64,000 bases of DNA from an uncultured Chloroflexia bacterium (GCA_963724295.1 CAVRUC010000005.1:256001-320000); one strand, 5' to 3'. Shown: positions 21,140 through 31,825, counted from the stretch's first letter. Translations and numbers: made by a program. The notes: generated by a model not told the origin, from the sequence alone.

Positions 21140-22744
21140 ATGAATACCCAGAACATCGTCCTCGGCGTCCTCGAGGCCGTGCTCGTCGTCATTGCCACCT
21201 TTTTCGCGACCCGGTGGTACCTGGAAGGCCGTGCCGAATCGCATGCCCGTAGGGTGCAGGCAGAGGCCGACCGTATCCTGGAGGAAGTTGAAACCCGACG
21301 ACGCGATGCCGCTCTCGAGGCCAAAGACGAGGCCATCCGCCTGCGCGCGGAGCTCGACCGGGAACTGACCCAACGGCGCAAGGAAGTCGAGCGCATCGAG
21401 CGCCGGGTCGAGCAAAAAGAAGAATCGATCGATCAGAAAACCGTTGCGCTCGATCGTCGCGAGCAGGAGCTGCGCCGGCTCGATCAGGAGACCCAACGCG
21501 CTCGCGAAGATTGGGAGACGGAGCGGGTCCGCAAGCAAGCGGAATTCGAAGCCGACCGGGCCCGCCAGCAAGCAGAGCTCGATGCCGCCCGTGACCGCCA
21601 CCTCCAGGAGCTGGAACGCGTTGCCGGGCTGACCGCGGATCAGGCTCGGGACGAGCTGGTGCGTGAGGTCGAGGAAGAGGCCCGCGGGCTGGCCGCCCGG
21701 CGCCTGCATGAGCTCGATCTGGAGCTACGCGAGGAAGTTGACCGACGGTCCCGCCGAATCCTGGCCACCACCATTCAGCGCATCGCCTCTGACTACGTCT
21801 CGGAGTCAACCGTCTCGGTCATTCCGCTCCCTTCAGACGATATGAAGGGTCGCATCATCGGACGCGAGGGGCGGAACATCCGCGCTCTGGAGCAGGCGAC
21901 CGGCGTCGACCTGATCGTCGACGACACGCCAGAGGCGGTCACGATCTCGGCCTTCGATCCTGTCCGACGCGAAGTCGCCCGGCGCGCCCTCAACAAGCTC
22001 TTGCAGGACGGCCGCATCCATCCCACCCGGATCGAGGAGATCGTGGCCAAGACGCGCACCGAGCTGGAGCAGGTGATGCGGGAAGAGGGGGAGAAAATCG
22101 CCTACGAGGCGAATGTTCCGGGTCTGCACCCCGATCTGATCAAGCTCCTGGGGCGTCTCAAGTTCCGCACCTCCTACGGTCAGAACGTGCTTGGCCATTC
22201 GCTGGAAACCTCGATGATTGCCGCCGCCCTCGCCGCCGAGCTTGGCGCCGACGTCAACGTGGCCAAGACCGCCGGTCTGCTGCATGACATCGGCAAGGCG
22301 GTCGACCATGAAGTGGAGGGACCGCACGCTCTCATTGGCGCCGACATCGCCAAGCGACTGGGTCGCTCCTCCAAGATCGTGCACGCCATCGCCGCCCATC
22401 ATGGCGAGGAGGAGCCGCAGACCGTCGAGGCGTTCATCGTAGCGACGGCGGACGCCATCTCGGGCGCCCGGCCGGGCGCCCGACGCGAGATGGTGGAGAC
22501 GTACATCAAGCGCCTGGAAGCGCTCGAGGGCGTCGCCAATTCGTTCGACGGGGTCGAAAAGAGCTTCGCCATCCAGGCCGGGCGGGAGGTCCGCATCCTG
22601 GTCGCACCCGATTCGATCGATGACCTGGCCGCGGCGCGGCTGGCGCGCGATGTTTCGAAGAAGATCGAGGAAAGCCTCGAGTATCCGGGGCAGATCAAGG
22701 TGACGGTCATCCGCGAGACGCGAGCGGTCGACTACGCGCGATGA
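21140..22744 (+). CDS. rny: Ribonuclease Y
   Basis: N-terminal TM, coiled coil, KH domain ([14 protein letters not shown]), HD domain (LLHDIGKA), [12 protein letters not shown]; start 21125-21140 uncertain. Confidence 0.97.
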   Translation: MNTQNIVLGVLEAVLVVIATFFATRWYLEGRAESHARRVQAEADRILEEVETRRRDAALEAKDEAIRLRAELDRELTQRRKEVERIERRVEQKEESIDQKTVALDRREQELRRLDQETQRAREDWETERVRKQAEFEADRARQQAELDAARDRHLQELERVAGLTADQARDELVREVEEEARGLAARRLHELDLELREEVDRRSRRILATTIQRIASDYVSESTVSVIPLPSDDMKGRIIGREGRNIRALEQATGVDLIVDDTPEAVTISAFDPVRREVARRALNKLLQDGRIHPTRIEEIVAKTRTELEQVMREEGEKIAYEANVPGLHPDLIKLLGRLKFRTSYGQNVLGHSLETSMIAAALAAELGADVNVAKTAGLLHDIGKAVDHEVEGPHALIGADIAKRLGRSSKIVHAIAAHHGEEEPQTVEAFIVATADAISGARPGARREMVETYIKRLEALEGVANSFDGVEKSFAIQAGREVRILVAPDSIDDLAAARLARDVSKKIEESLEYPGQIKVTVIRETRAVDYAR

Positions 22745-22974
22745 TCTCGTTTACCGCCATGGTGGTTGACGGCCTGTTGAGGAGACTGGCCACCGCGAGC
22801 GCGCGGTCTGTACTAGACTGACGCGCATCCGCGAGCGAGACGCGGGGTCGTGGCCGGCGACGTGCCGGCCTCATCTATGAGCGGCACGACTGCACGCGCA
22901 CGTGCAAGGTATTGGTGTGGCGCGTCGAGCGCATCGACGGCCCGTACGTTCAAGTGCTCAGGGGGTTCTGCAAC

Positions 22975-23544
22975 GTGGATCGCTTCTTCTCCAAGCTCGA
23001 CTTGCGTGATATCAAGATCGATCCGTTCAACGCGAGTTATCCACCGGACGCCGAAGAGGTCGTCGAGACGGGGACGGAGCAGAGTGTCGAGACAGAAGTC
23101 GCCGCGCCACCGCTCGGCGGCGCCCGCCAGCCGCACACGCCGGCCTGGGCTACCGCGACTGAGGTCGAGCCTGACGACGTCTACGAGGACGAGGACGAAG
23201 ATACCCAGCCCTACGCCAACGGCGCGGCTGTCAATGGCGCGGTCACCGCAACAGACGGCGCGGCGCTCGTCGAGCACCGCAACGGCGACGTCCTGAAAGT
23301 TTCGGCTCGGTCGCGACCGAGCGCGGTCGCTGGGGCCATCGCCGGCGTCGTCCGCGAGAACGGCCGAGCCGAAGTGCAGGCGATCGGAGCCGGAGCCACC
23401 AACCAGGCTGTCAAGGCGGTCGCCATCGCCCGCGACTACCTGCGAGAGACCGGGATCGAAGCAGTCTGTCTGCCCGCCTTCATCGATGTGATCATCGAGA
23501 ACGAGGACCGCACCGCGATCCGGCTCGTCGTGGAGCCAAGGTAA
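22975..23544 (+). CDS. spoVS: SpoVS-family protein with ~100-aa acidic N-terminal extension
   Basis: VLKVSARSRPSAVAGAIAG...QAIGAGATNQAVKAVAIAR...RTAIRLVVEPR; GTG 22975 after AGGGGG. Confidence 0.88.
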   Translation: MDRFFSKLDLRDIKIDPFNASYPPDAEEVVETGTEQSVETEVAAPPLGGARQPHTPAWATATEVEPDDVYEDEDEDTQPYANGAAVNGAVTATDGAALVEHRNGDVLKVSARSRPSAVAGAIAGVVRENGRAEVQAIGAGATNQAVKAVAIARDYLRETGIEAVCLPAFIDVIIENEDRTAIRLVVEPR

Positions 23545-23545
23545 G

Positions 23546-23625
23546 CGAGTCGAGGAGTCGAGGTGTCGAGCAGTCGAGAAGGACGAGTCTTCTCCTCGAC
23601 TGCTCGACTTCACGACTCCTCGACT
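23546..23625. repeat. Inverted pair of octamer tandem tracts (GAGTCGAG / CTCGACTC)
   Basis: Directly visible; overlaps the 5' end of the PHP ORF. Confidence 0.8.
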
Positions 23626-24498
23626 GAAAAAGTCGATCTCCATACCCATAGCACCTACTCGGACGGTCTCCTTTCGCCAGCGATGCTGGTGGAGGAGGCC
23701 GCTTCGCGTGGCGTTCGCATCCTGGCACTGACCGATCACGATACCGTCGCCGGCATCGACGAGGCCCGCGTTGCCGGGGAGCGCCTCGGGATGGAGATCA
23801 TTCCCGGTGTTGAGCTGAGCGCCGCTCTGCCGAGTGGAGGCGAAGTCCATCTGCTGGGCTATTTCGTCGATGTCGAAGATCCGGTCTTGTTGGCGCAGCT
23901 CGCCGGTTACGCCCTTGCCCGCGCCGAACGGATGGAGCGTATGGTCGAACGACTGAGCCGGATCGGCGCGCCTGTCGCTCTGGAGCGCGTGCGGGAGATC
24001 GCCGGTCATGGCACGATGGGACGGCCGCATCTCGGCCGGGCGCTGGTCGAAGCCGGATATGCCGAGGACCTCTCGGACGCCTTCGCCCGTTACATCGGCG
24101 GTGGGAAACCGGCTTTCGTCCCTCGGCCGCGCGTCGATCCACGCGACGCGATCGCGATGGTGCGGGCCGCGGGCGGTGTGCCCGTGCTGGCGCATCCCTT
24201 CAGCGCTCGAGGCGTCGAGAGCGTTCTCGACAGCCTGGTACCCGCCGGTCTGGCCGGGATGGAGGTCGACTACGGCGAGTACGACCCCGAGGACCGGGAG
24301 ATCTTGCGCCAGATCGCGTCTCGGCGGGGGTTGATCGGCACTGGTGGCAGTGACTACCACGGGCCAGATGGACGGAGCGCTCGCGAGATCGGCTCGGCTC
24401 CGGTTTCCCTTGCCGCGGTGACAGCACTGCGGAGCGCCCGCCCTCCCCGTCCTCACTCATCCGGCCCACTGGGAGTGGGGGACGCCAAGCTCGAATGA
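23563..24498 (+). CDS. PHP-domain phosphoesterase (TrpH/YciV-like)
   Basis: DLHTHSTYSDG, LTDHDT, GRPHLGRAL, LAHP, TGGSDYHG. Confidence 0.92.
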   Translation: MSSSREGRVFSSTARLHDSSTEKVDLHTHSTYSDGLLSPAMLVEEAASRGVRILALTDHDTVAGIDEARVAGERLGMEIIPGVELSAALPSGGEVHLLGYFVDVEDPVLLAQLAGYALARAERMERMVERLSRIGAPVALERVREIAGHGTMGRPHLGRALVEAGYAEDLSDAFARYIGGGKPAFVPRPRVDPRDAIAMVRAAGGVPVLAHPFSARGVESVLDSLVPAGLAGMEVDYGEYDPEDREILRQIASRRGLIGTGGSDYHGPDGRSAREIGSAPVSLAAVTALRSARPPRPHSSGPLGVGDAKLE

Positions 24499-25705
24499 CA
24501 CCGCTTCCCGCGCCGGAACGGGTGGCCGCGGTGGTGGTAGCCGCGGGACGAGGCCAGCGCCTTGGTGCGCCGCATAAGGTGGTTCTCCCCCTGGCCGGGC
24601 GGCCGATGCTGGCCTGGTCGCTTCGCGCGCTGGAGCAGGCCGAGACCATCGGTCCGATCGTGGTCGTCGCCGGGCCGAACATACCCTGGATGCCGTTGCT
24701 CAGATCGTCCGCGACGAAGGCTTCACCAGGGTCCACGCTATCGTGGCCGGTGGCGAGCGGCGGCAGGACTCCGTCGGCGCGGGACTGGCGGCGCTGCCGG
24801 ACGCAATCGAGATCGTGGTCATCCACGACGGCGCGCGACCGCTGGCCGAGCCGGCGCTATTCGATCGCTGTGCGGCCGCGGCCGCGGAGAGTGGGGCCGC
24901 GATCGCGGCGACTCCTGTCTCCGACACCCTGAAACGGGTGACGAAAGGCGCCATTGAGGAAACAGTCGATCGCGCCGGGCTGTGGGCCGCGCAGACACCG
25001 CAGGCATTCCGCCTGGAATCGTTGCGCAGGGTCATGGCTGGCGGTTCCGGTGAGACCTTTACCGACGAGGCGCGACTGTTTGAGGTCTCCGGTTTGCCGG
25101 TGACGGTTGTTCCCTCCTCGCCGGCGAATCTGAAAGTGACGCATGCGGAGGATATTCCTGTCGCCGAAGCCCTGCTTCGAGCTCGTCACGGTCCGCAGCT
25201 GACCGCGGGACTGGTACGGACCGGCATCGGCTACGACGCTCATCGCTTTGCATCTGGACGTCGGCTCATCCTCGGCGGTGTGGAGATTGCGCACGATCGA
25301 GGGTTGGTCGGCCATTCAGACGCCGACGTCCTCCTCCACGCCATCGCCGACGCGGTTCTCGGCGCGGCCGCGCTGGGGGACATCGGCCAGCACTTTCCGC
25401 CCTCCGACGAGCGCTTCCGTGACGCCGATAGCCAGCTTCTGCTCCGCGAGGCCGTCCGTCTGGCTCGGGAGGCGGGCTGGGCGCCGGGGAATGTCGACGC
25501 CACCGTCCTCGCTGAAGCGCCACGCGTGGCGCCGCATGTGCCGCTGATGCGGGAGCGGATTGCTGCCTGTCTTGGCCTCTCAGAAGTAGCGGTGAGTGTG
25601 AAAGCGACGACGAACGAGGGGATGGGGTCCATTGGCCGTGGCGAGGGGATCACTGCCCTGGCGACTGCTACGCTGGTCCCGATTCTCACCGCCCCGGGCC
25701 CCTAG
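24495..25705 (+). CDS. ispDF: Bifunctional IspD/IspF (MEP cytidylyltransferase / MECDP synthase); frameshift near 24675
   Basis: [10 protein letters not shown] in frame 1; [22 protein letters not shown], then [22 protein letters not shown] in frame 2. Confidence 0.9.
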
Positions 25706-25708
25706 GCG

Positions 25709-26170
25709 ATGCGCGTTCTGGTGCAGCGGGTATCCCGTGCTCGGGTGACCGTCGCCGGCGAGACCACCGGGGAGATCGGGCGGGGATTCCTCCTCTTGGT
25801 CGGCGTCACCTTCGACGACACCGCCGCGGTCGCGGACCTCCTGGCGCGCAAAGTCGCGAACCTTCGTGTCTTCGACGATGCCGACGGCCACCTCAATCGC
25901 TCGGCGCTCGATCTGCTGCAGGCGGAAGAGCCGATCGAAATGCTCGTCGTTTCGCAGTTCACCCTCTACGCCGATTGCCGCAAAGGACGCCGCCCCAGTT
26001 TCGTGCGGGCCGCGCCGCCCGCGGTCGCCGAGCCACTGGTGGATCGTTTCGCGCACGGATTCCGAACGCTCGGTCTCCCTGTAGAGACCGGCCGCTTCGG
26101 CGCCGAGATGCAGGTCGAGCTGGTCAACGACGGCCCGGTGACGATCTGGCTGGATACGGCCGAGCTGTGA
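25709..26170 (+). CDS. dtd: D-aminoacyl-tRNA deacylase
   Basis: [30 protein letters not shown]. Confidence 0.97.
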   Translation: MRVLVQRVSRARVTVAGETTGEIGRGFLLLVGVTFDDTAAVADLLARKVANLRVFDDADGHLNRSALDLLQAEEPIEMLVVSQFTLYADCRKGRRPSFVRAAPPAVAEPLVDRFAHGFRTLGLPVETGRFGAEMQVELVNDGPVTIWLDTAEL

Positions 26171-26253
26171 GCCGGCAGATGAAATGGTTGCCATAGGACA
26201 CGTTCTCTCGATAATGCACCGGGCGCGTCTCGCGCTCGCTACCAGAGAGAGGG

Positions 26254-27204
26254 GTGTCCGTGGGCGCGCAACCCGAATCGACAAACCGCCGGCCGCTAAA
26301 AGTCGGCCTGATTCTTCCCGAGACGGAGCGCCAGATGAACGGCGGCTCCGCGCGCTGGAGCGACCTGCGCGAGATGGCCCAGCTCGGCGAGCAGATCGGG
26401 GCTGACTCCCTCTGGATCACCGACCATCTCATCCACCGCGTCCCGGGTGAAGAACCGCGTGGCATGTGGGAGTGCTGGTCGCTGATCTCGGCGCTGGCCG
26501 CGATCACCGAAAAGCCGGAGATCGGCACCCTGGTCATGTCCACCTCGTTTCGCAACCCGGCGTTGCTGGCCAAGATGGCCGACACCGTCGAGGAGATCAG
26601 CGGTGGCCGCCTCATCCTCGGGCTGGGCGCCGGGTGGAATGAGGCGGAATACATCGCCTTCGGTTATCCCTTCGACAACCGCGTCAGTCGCTTCGAGGAG
26701 GCGGTGACGATCATCACCGGGCTGTTGCGGCAGGGGCACGTCGATTTCGACGGAAGGTTCTACCAGGCCCGCGACTGCGAGCTGCGCCCGCGCGGCCCGC
26801 GTGCGACTGGTCCAACCATCATCTTTGGCGCATCTTCGGCTGGTCCGCGCATGCTCGACCTCACCGCTCGCCACGCCGACGGTTGGAACACCTGGTTCAG
26901 CAGCACGGGAAACAGGGTCGAAGGGCTCTTGCCGTTGTTAGAGAAGGTCGACACCGCCTGCGAGGCCGCCGGACGCGACCCATCGACCCTGGAGCGCAGC
27001 GCCGCGGTGATCGTCGAGGTCGGTCCGCACGAGCCGTCCGCGATGACCGGCCCGCCACTGACCGGCAGCCCGGCTGAGATCGCCGCCGCCTTACGTGCTC
27101 ACGCCGAAGCCGGCCTGTCCCACGTCCAGGTCTGGTTGGAGCCGAACACGCCCGCCGGTATCGAGGCATTTGCTCCCGTGCTGGAGGAGTTGGATCGAGG
27201 GTAA
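26254..27204 (+). CDS. LLM-class flavin-dependent oxidoreductase
   Basis: SLWITDH, FRNPALLAKMADT, GGRLILGLGAGW. Confidence 0.92.
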   Translation: MSVGAQPESTNRRPLKVGLILPETERQMNGGSARWSDLREMAQLGEQIGADSLWITDHLIHRVPGEEPRGMWECWSLISALAAITEKPEIGTLVMSTSFRNPALLAKMADTVEEISGGRLILGLGAGWNEAEYIAFGYPFDNRVSRFEEAVTIITGLLRQGHVDFDGRFYQARDCELRPRGPRATGPTIIFGASSAGPRMLDLTARHADGWNTWFSSTGNRVEGLLPLLEKVDTACEAAGRDPSTLERSAAVIVEVGPHEPSAMTGPPLTGSPAEIAAALRAHAEAGLSHVQVWLEPNTPAGIEAFAPVLEELDRG

Positions 27205-27271
27205 CGAGGTATCGGCTATTGGCAATTGACTTCTGGCTGTCGGTTTGGGTTCATCCTTGCCGTCTAGCCGT

Positions 27272-27571
27272 CTAGCCGTCTGGCCGTCCAGTCGATTTGG
27301 GTCCATTCTTGCCGTCTAGCCGTCTCGGCGTCTGGCCGTCCGTCGTCCCGAGCGGTATCAGGTCAGGGTTCTTGTCCAGACTGGTCAGGACTTCCTGAGG
27401 AGTCGGCGTGGCCTCCTGTACTGCTGGCGTCGCCTCCTGAGCGAATGTCGACTCCCGCAAGATGGAGGCGATGACCGGCGCAGAGAAGCCCGCAGCGGCC
27501 AACCGGCCAATGAGACGGCGGCGAGATAGGGCGCGGTTGAACGCCTCAGCGGGACGAATGACAACGGTCAT
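27272..27571 (-). pseudogene. Truncated Tat-exported protein (signal peptide and start of mature domain only)
   Basis: LSRRRLIGRL...FAQEATP, then the frame runs into octamer repeats (GACGGCYA-like) and stops. Confidence 0.55.
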
Positions 27572-27987
27572 CAGAATCACACCTTCCTGCAATGGGAGAA
27601 TTCCAGGAGCTGAAATCTGCTATCGCCATCGCGCAGGATCCATGCCAGTTGAAGGCTGATCACCCGATGAGTAGTAGGTCGTCATTATTTTTGCGAATCT
27701 TGATTAACTAAATGATATAAATGTTAAGATTTTGACAGGGTGGCACGTATTCTCCTAGATCCCGCGCGAGAGGATGGGATAGCCGTTCAGTGATGTCGGT
27801 GAGTGGTTACAAAGGAAAATGCCCAAGCACCCCAGAGCCGCGTATCGGTTGTGACGACAACTAGCCGACTCCTCAGCTCCCCGCGTATCATTGCATCTGG
27901 CCCGCGGGAGTGTCCGTACACGTCCCTGGCTGCCGCGTTCCCGTGCTGCGGCCGCAATGCATCGCGTTTGGGAAGGTTCGTCGTCGC

Positions 27988-28713
27988 ATGAAGATCGTCC
28001 TCCGCCAGGATGTGCCGAAGCTCGGCGAGGCTGGCACGATTCAGGAAGTGAAACCCGGTTTCGCCCGGAACTACCTCATCCCGCAGGGGATGGCGGTGCT
28101 CGCCACCGCCGGCGAGATCAAGACCGCCGAGCACAATGCCGCGGTGAAAGCCCGCAAGATCGCCAAGCAGGAAGCGCAGCTTCAAACTCTGGCGGACAAG
28201 ATCGCCGGCAAGCGCCTGGAGTTCACCACCCGCGCCGGCGAAGGCGGTCGCCTCTACGGCTCCATCACGGCAGGTGACATCGCCGACGAGCTGGCGAAGC
28301 TCGTGGGCGAAGAGATCGATCGCCGCAAGGTGGTGCTCGAGGACCCGATTCGCCACCTTGGTGAGCACGCCGTGACGGTCCACCTCGTCGGCCGCCTGCG
28401 ACCGGCAATCACGGTCGTGGTCGTCGGCGATGCCGAATACCAGGCTGCCCGTGCCGCCGCCGAGGCGGCCAAGGCAGAGGAAGCCCCCGCCGAGACACCA
28501 GGCGCCGCGGGTCATCCTGAGCCCGGCTCGGAGCACGACGACAGCAAGACCGAGACGGTCGACGAGGGCCCGCCGCACGAGTGGGTCGACGAAAAGGGCG
28601 TTCCCGGAGCCCATGGTTTCATCGACAATGAAGGCGGCGCCGCCACCCTGACCGAAGAGAGCGGAAAGGGTGTCGAGGTCGAAGAGGAGCTCAACCCGGT
28701 CGCAGAGTCGTAG
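27988..28713 (+). CDS. rplI: 50S ribosomal protein L9 with acidic C-terminal extension
   Basis: MKIVLRQDVPKLG, VKPGFARNYLIP, GRLYGSIT. Confidence 0.97.
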   Translation: MKIVLRQDVPKLGEAGTIQEVKPGFARNYLIPQGMAVLATAGEIKTAEHNAAVKARKIAKQEAQLQTLADKIAGKRLEFTTRAGEGGRLYGSITAGDIADELAKLVGEEIDRRKVVLEDPIRHLGEHAVTVHLVGRLRPAITVVVVGDAEYQAARAAAEAAKAEEAPAETPGAAGHPEPGSEHDDSKTETVDEGPPHEWVDEKGVPGAHGFIDNEGGAATLTEESGKGVEVEEELNPVAES

Positions 28714-28854
28714 ACTGGGTTTCACGCCGTCGCGTCCGGAGTTGGCCGGACGCGACGGCAACAGACGCGGCCCGGCCGCGTCCCGCTTGGTCCGCCGCCC
28801 CGCCGGACTCCCCGCCATCGTATTGGGGGAGCCGTCGCAAGGGCGAGGGGAGCC

Positions 28855-30207
28855 ATGGTCGCCGCTGTACCAAGCATCATCGAGCGATTGCCGCCGCACA
28901 ATGTGGAGGCGGAGCAATCAGTGCTCGGCAGTCTCCTCATCGACCGGGACGCCATCATCCGGGTGGCGGCCTTCCTGCGTCCGGAAGACTTCTACGCCGT
29001 CGCCAACGGTCTCATCTATCGCGCGATTCTCGATCTCTATAACAAGCGCGAGCCGACAGACTTCGTCACCCTGTCTGACGAGCTGCAGCGGCGTGGCCAA
29101 TACGACCAGGCGGGCGGGCTCTCGTATCTTTCCAGCCTGCTCAATGCCGTTCCCACCGCTGTTCACGTCGAGTACTACGCCCGCATCGTCGAGCGCGCGG
29201 CGACACTGCGCCGTCTCATCGATGCCGGTACCGAGATCGTCGACGTCGGTTTCCGCGAGGGGATCGACACCGAGGACGCGCTCGATGCCGCCGAGCGTGC
29301 CGTATTTGCCGTCTCGCAACGGCGGCAGAGCAAAGACTTCGTCTCCATGGGAGACGTGCTCGACCGTTTCTTCGACCAGATCGACTATCTGCAGCAGCAC
29401 CGCGGCGAGGTCGTCGGCGTGGCGACCGGGTTCTCGGATCTCGACCAGCTCACCGGCGGGCTCCAGCGCTCGGACCTCATCATCGTCGCCGCTCGTCCCT
29501 CAATGGGCAAGACGAGCCTGGCGCTCGGCATGGCCTACGGCGCCGCGGTCGGCCATGGCAAGACGGTTGGCATCTTCAGCCTGGAGATGTCAGCCGAGCA
29601 GCTCGTGCAGCGTGTCCTCTCCATGGAGACCGGGGTCGATACGCACCGGCTGCGGCTGGGGCAGATCGACGACAACGAGTGGGACCGTATCTCCCGCGCG
29701 TTCGGCCGCCTGAGTGAGGCTCCGATCTACATCGACGACGCGTCGACCTCCAACATCATGGACGTCCGCTCCAAGGCCCGCCGCTTGCAGGCTGAGCACG
29801 GTCTCGATCTGATCATCATCGATTACTTGCAGCTGATGACCGCCCGCCGCACCGAGAACCGCGTGCAGGAGATCTCGGAGATCTCGCGAGGATTGAAGGG
29901 ACTGGCGCGCGAGCTGAACGTGCCGGTCGTTGCGCTGTCGCAGCTCTCGCGCGCGGTGGAGAGCCGCGCCGATCACCGGCCGATGCTCTCGGATTTGAGA
30001 GAGTCGGGCTCAATCGAGCAGGACGCGGACATCGTCGTCTTCATCTACCGGGAAGATAAATACGAGGAAGACTCAGAGAAGAAGGGCATCGCCGAGATCA
30101 TGGTCGCCAAGCATCGCAACGGCCCTGTCGGCTCGATCAATCTCCGCTTCTTCGATCGCACGGCCCGTTTCGCCGATCTGGAGCTTTACCCCGGACCGGG
30201 GATGTAG
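28855..30207 (+). CDS. dnaB: Replicative DNA helicase DnaB
   Basis: PPHNVEAEQSVLG, AARPSMGKT, IDYLQLM, LSQLSR, LRESGSIEQDAD; no intein. Confidence 0.98.
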   Translation: MVAAVPSIIERLPPHNVEAEQSVLGSLLIDRDAIIRVAAFLRPEDFYAVANGLIYRAILDLYNKREPTDFVTLSDELQRRGQYDQAGGLSYLSSLLNAVPTAVHVEYYARIVERAATLRRLIDAGTEIVDVGFREGIDTEDALDAAERAVFAVSQRRQSKDFVSMGDVLDRFFDQIDYLQQHRGEVVGVATGFSDLDQLTGGLQRSDLIIVAARPSMGKTSLALGMAYGAAVGHGKTVGIFSLEMSAEQLVQRVLSMETGVDTHRLRLGQIDDNEWDRISRAFGRLSEAPIYIDDASTSNIMDVRSKARRLQAEHGLDLIIIDYLQLMTARRTENRVQEISEISRGLKGLARELNVPVVALSQLSRAVESRADHRPMLSDLRESGSIEQDADIVVFIYREDKYEEDSEKKGIAEIMVAKHRNGPVGSINLRFFDRTARFADLELYPGPGM

Positions 30208-30256
30208 CGTGAGTCCGATGTCCGGATTTCGTCCCGAAGTTGGGCTCAGTTCCGGA

Positions 30257-30286
30257 GTCATTCCGAGGAACGAGGAATCTCGTCCG
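30257..30286. repeat. Half copy of the GTCATTCCGAG...GAATCTC palindromic element
   Basis: Matches the left arm of 60161-60290. Confidence 0.6.
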
Positions 30287-30297
30287 TCCGCGCCCGG

Positions 30298-30975
30298 ATG
30301 GGGTCGACCGTGACTCGACAGTTCAACGGATTCCTGGTCCAGACTGAACCCGCGGTCGGCATTCCACGCGCCTTCTTTACCGATGTCTTGCCCCAGATCT
30401 CCGAGCTGAGCGAAGCGCAGGCGACCCTGGCGGTCTTCCGGCTCGCTTCCGAAGCGGGCGGCATCGAATCGCCGGTCTCCGAGATCGCTCTTCGCGCCGA
30501 TCGGCCGCTGCGCACCGCCTTGCGTGCCAACGGCAGCCCACGCGAACCGGACCAGCGGATCGCCACCGGGCTTGACCTGGCCACCGGTCGCGGCACGTTA
30601 CTCCGCTTCGTGGCCGAACGCGATGATGGCCGCGACGTCTGGTACTATGTCAACACCCCCGTCAACCAGGCGCTGGTCGCCGCCATGGCGCGGGGTGCCG
30701 TCGCTCCCCCGCGAGCACTCTGGCGAGAGGGACAGCTGCCGGCGGTGATCCCGGAGCGGCCCAATGTCTTCCGCCTCTACGAGCAGAACGTCGGGCCGCT
30801 GACGCCACTTATCGCCGATCATCTCGTGCGAGCGCTGGAAACGTGGCCGGTCGAGTGGATCGAAGATGCGGTTGCGGAGTCGGTCGCCTATAACAAGCGC
30901 TCCTGGCGCTACATCCAGCGCATTCTGGAAGGCTGGCAGACCGGGGGACGGGAACCGCGCGAGCGGTACGGTTAG
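30298..30975 (+). CDS. DnaD-domain protein
   Basis: NVFRLYEQNVGPLTPLIAD, AVAYN-like SVAYNKRSWRYIQRILEGW (DnaB_2 YxxxIxxxW motif). Confidence 0.88.
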   Translation: MGSTVTRQFNGFLVQTEPAVGIPRAFFTDVLPQISELSEAQATLAVFRLASEAGGIESPVSEIALRADRPLRTALRANGSPREPDQRIATGLDLATGRGTLLRFVAERDDGRDVWYYVNTPVNQALVAAMARGAVAPPRALWREGQLPAVIPERPNVFRLYEQNVGPLTPLIADHLVRALETWPVEWIEDAVAESVAYNKRSWRYIQRILEGWQTGGREPRERYG

Positions 30976-30996
30976 CGCGGGGCAGCGGGAAACACC

Positions 30997-31791
30997 ATGA
31001 AACGCATCGGCGACGTCCTCACTTCCCTTTCGATCCCGGTCGGTCCAGCCGGCAGCAATGGCTCGGCGACCGCGACGCCAACATGGCGCTGTCCGGTCTG
31101 CAAGGACGCGGGCTGGGTGCGCATGGAGGTCCCCGTTGGGCACCCAAATTTCGGCCGCCTGATCCACTGCGAATGCCGGTTCTCCGAGCAGGCGGAGCGA
31201 GAGCGCGAGACGTTGCGCCGTCTCTCGAATCTCGACGGATTCACGCGCCATACGTTCGAAGACTTCGAGCCGGTGCCGGGAACAGAAGAGGCATTTGACG
31301 TCGCGCGTGCGTTTGCCCGCGACCCGGATCCCGAGCATCGCTGGCTCTATCTGCGGGGCGGCGTCGGCGTCGGCAAGACCCACCTGGCGGTCGCCACGGC
31401 ACTGGAGATTAGGGAACGCAACGGGAGTGTCTACTTTGCCGTCGTGCCCGATCTCCTCGACCACCTGCGCGCCACCTTCGACCCGGCGCGGGGCGTCGCC
31501 TACGACGACCGCTTCAACCAGATCCGTGGCGCTCCCCTCCTCGTCCTGGACGACCTGGGGACCGAGAACACCACGCCCTGGGCACGGGAAAAGCTCTATC
31601 AGATCATCAACCACCGCTATGTCGAGCGGTTGCTGACGATCGTGACCTCCAACCAGAGCCACGACAAGATCGACGAGCGGATCCTCTCGCGCCTCCTCGA
31701 CACCCACCTCACGCGCGACATCTTCATCGACGCCGCGGATTACCGGCGGCGGGAGCGGTCCGACTACACAAGGGGTCGTCGCTCGCGCTGA
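30997..31791 (+). CDS. DnaC/DnaI/IstB-like AAA+ helicase loader with Zn-binding Cys
   Basis: CPVC..GW...CEC; GGVGVGKTHLA; LLVLDDLGTE; IINHRY; TSN. Confidence 0.88.
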   Translation: MKRIGDVLTSLSIPVGPAGSNGSATATPTWRCPVCKDAGWVRMEVPVGHPNFGRLIHCECRFSEQAERERETLRRLSNLDGFTRHTFEDFEPVPGTEEAFDVARAFARDPDPEHRWLYLRGGVGVGKTHLAVATALEIRERNGSVYFAVVPDLLDHLRATFDPARGVAYDDRFNQIRGAPLLVLDDLGTENTTPWAREKLYQIINHRYVERLLTIVTSNQSHDKIDERILSRLLDTHLTRDIFIDAADYRRRERSDYTRGRRSR

Positions 31792-31825
31792 GCTTTGCGC
31801 CGTTCGTCACGATCGAGACAGGGGC

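Noticed and set aside
22975..23544. Evidence for endospore formation from spoVS
   Set aside because: SpoVS occurs in many non-sporulating bacteria and no other sporulation genes are in the window.
22813..24456. 547-aa minus-strand ORF, and similar long shadows at 3..728, 13337..14827, 18539..19714, 27787..28917 and 31724..32887
   Set aside because: They overlap well-supported genes on the opposite strand and have no recognisable motifs.
24670..24680. Programmed ribosomal frameshifting in ispDF, plsX or trmH
   Set aside because: No slippery heptamers or common context; multiple scattered indels point to sequence error.
30997..31791. IS21 element (IstB)
   Set aside because: No IstA transposase or terminal inverted repeats; the context is dnaB-dnaD.
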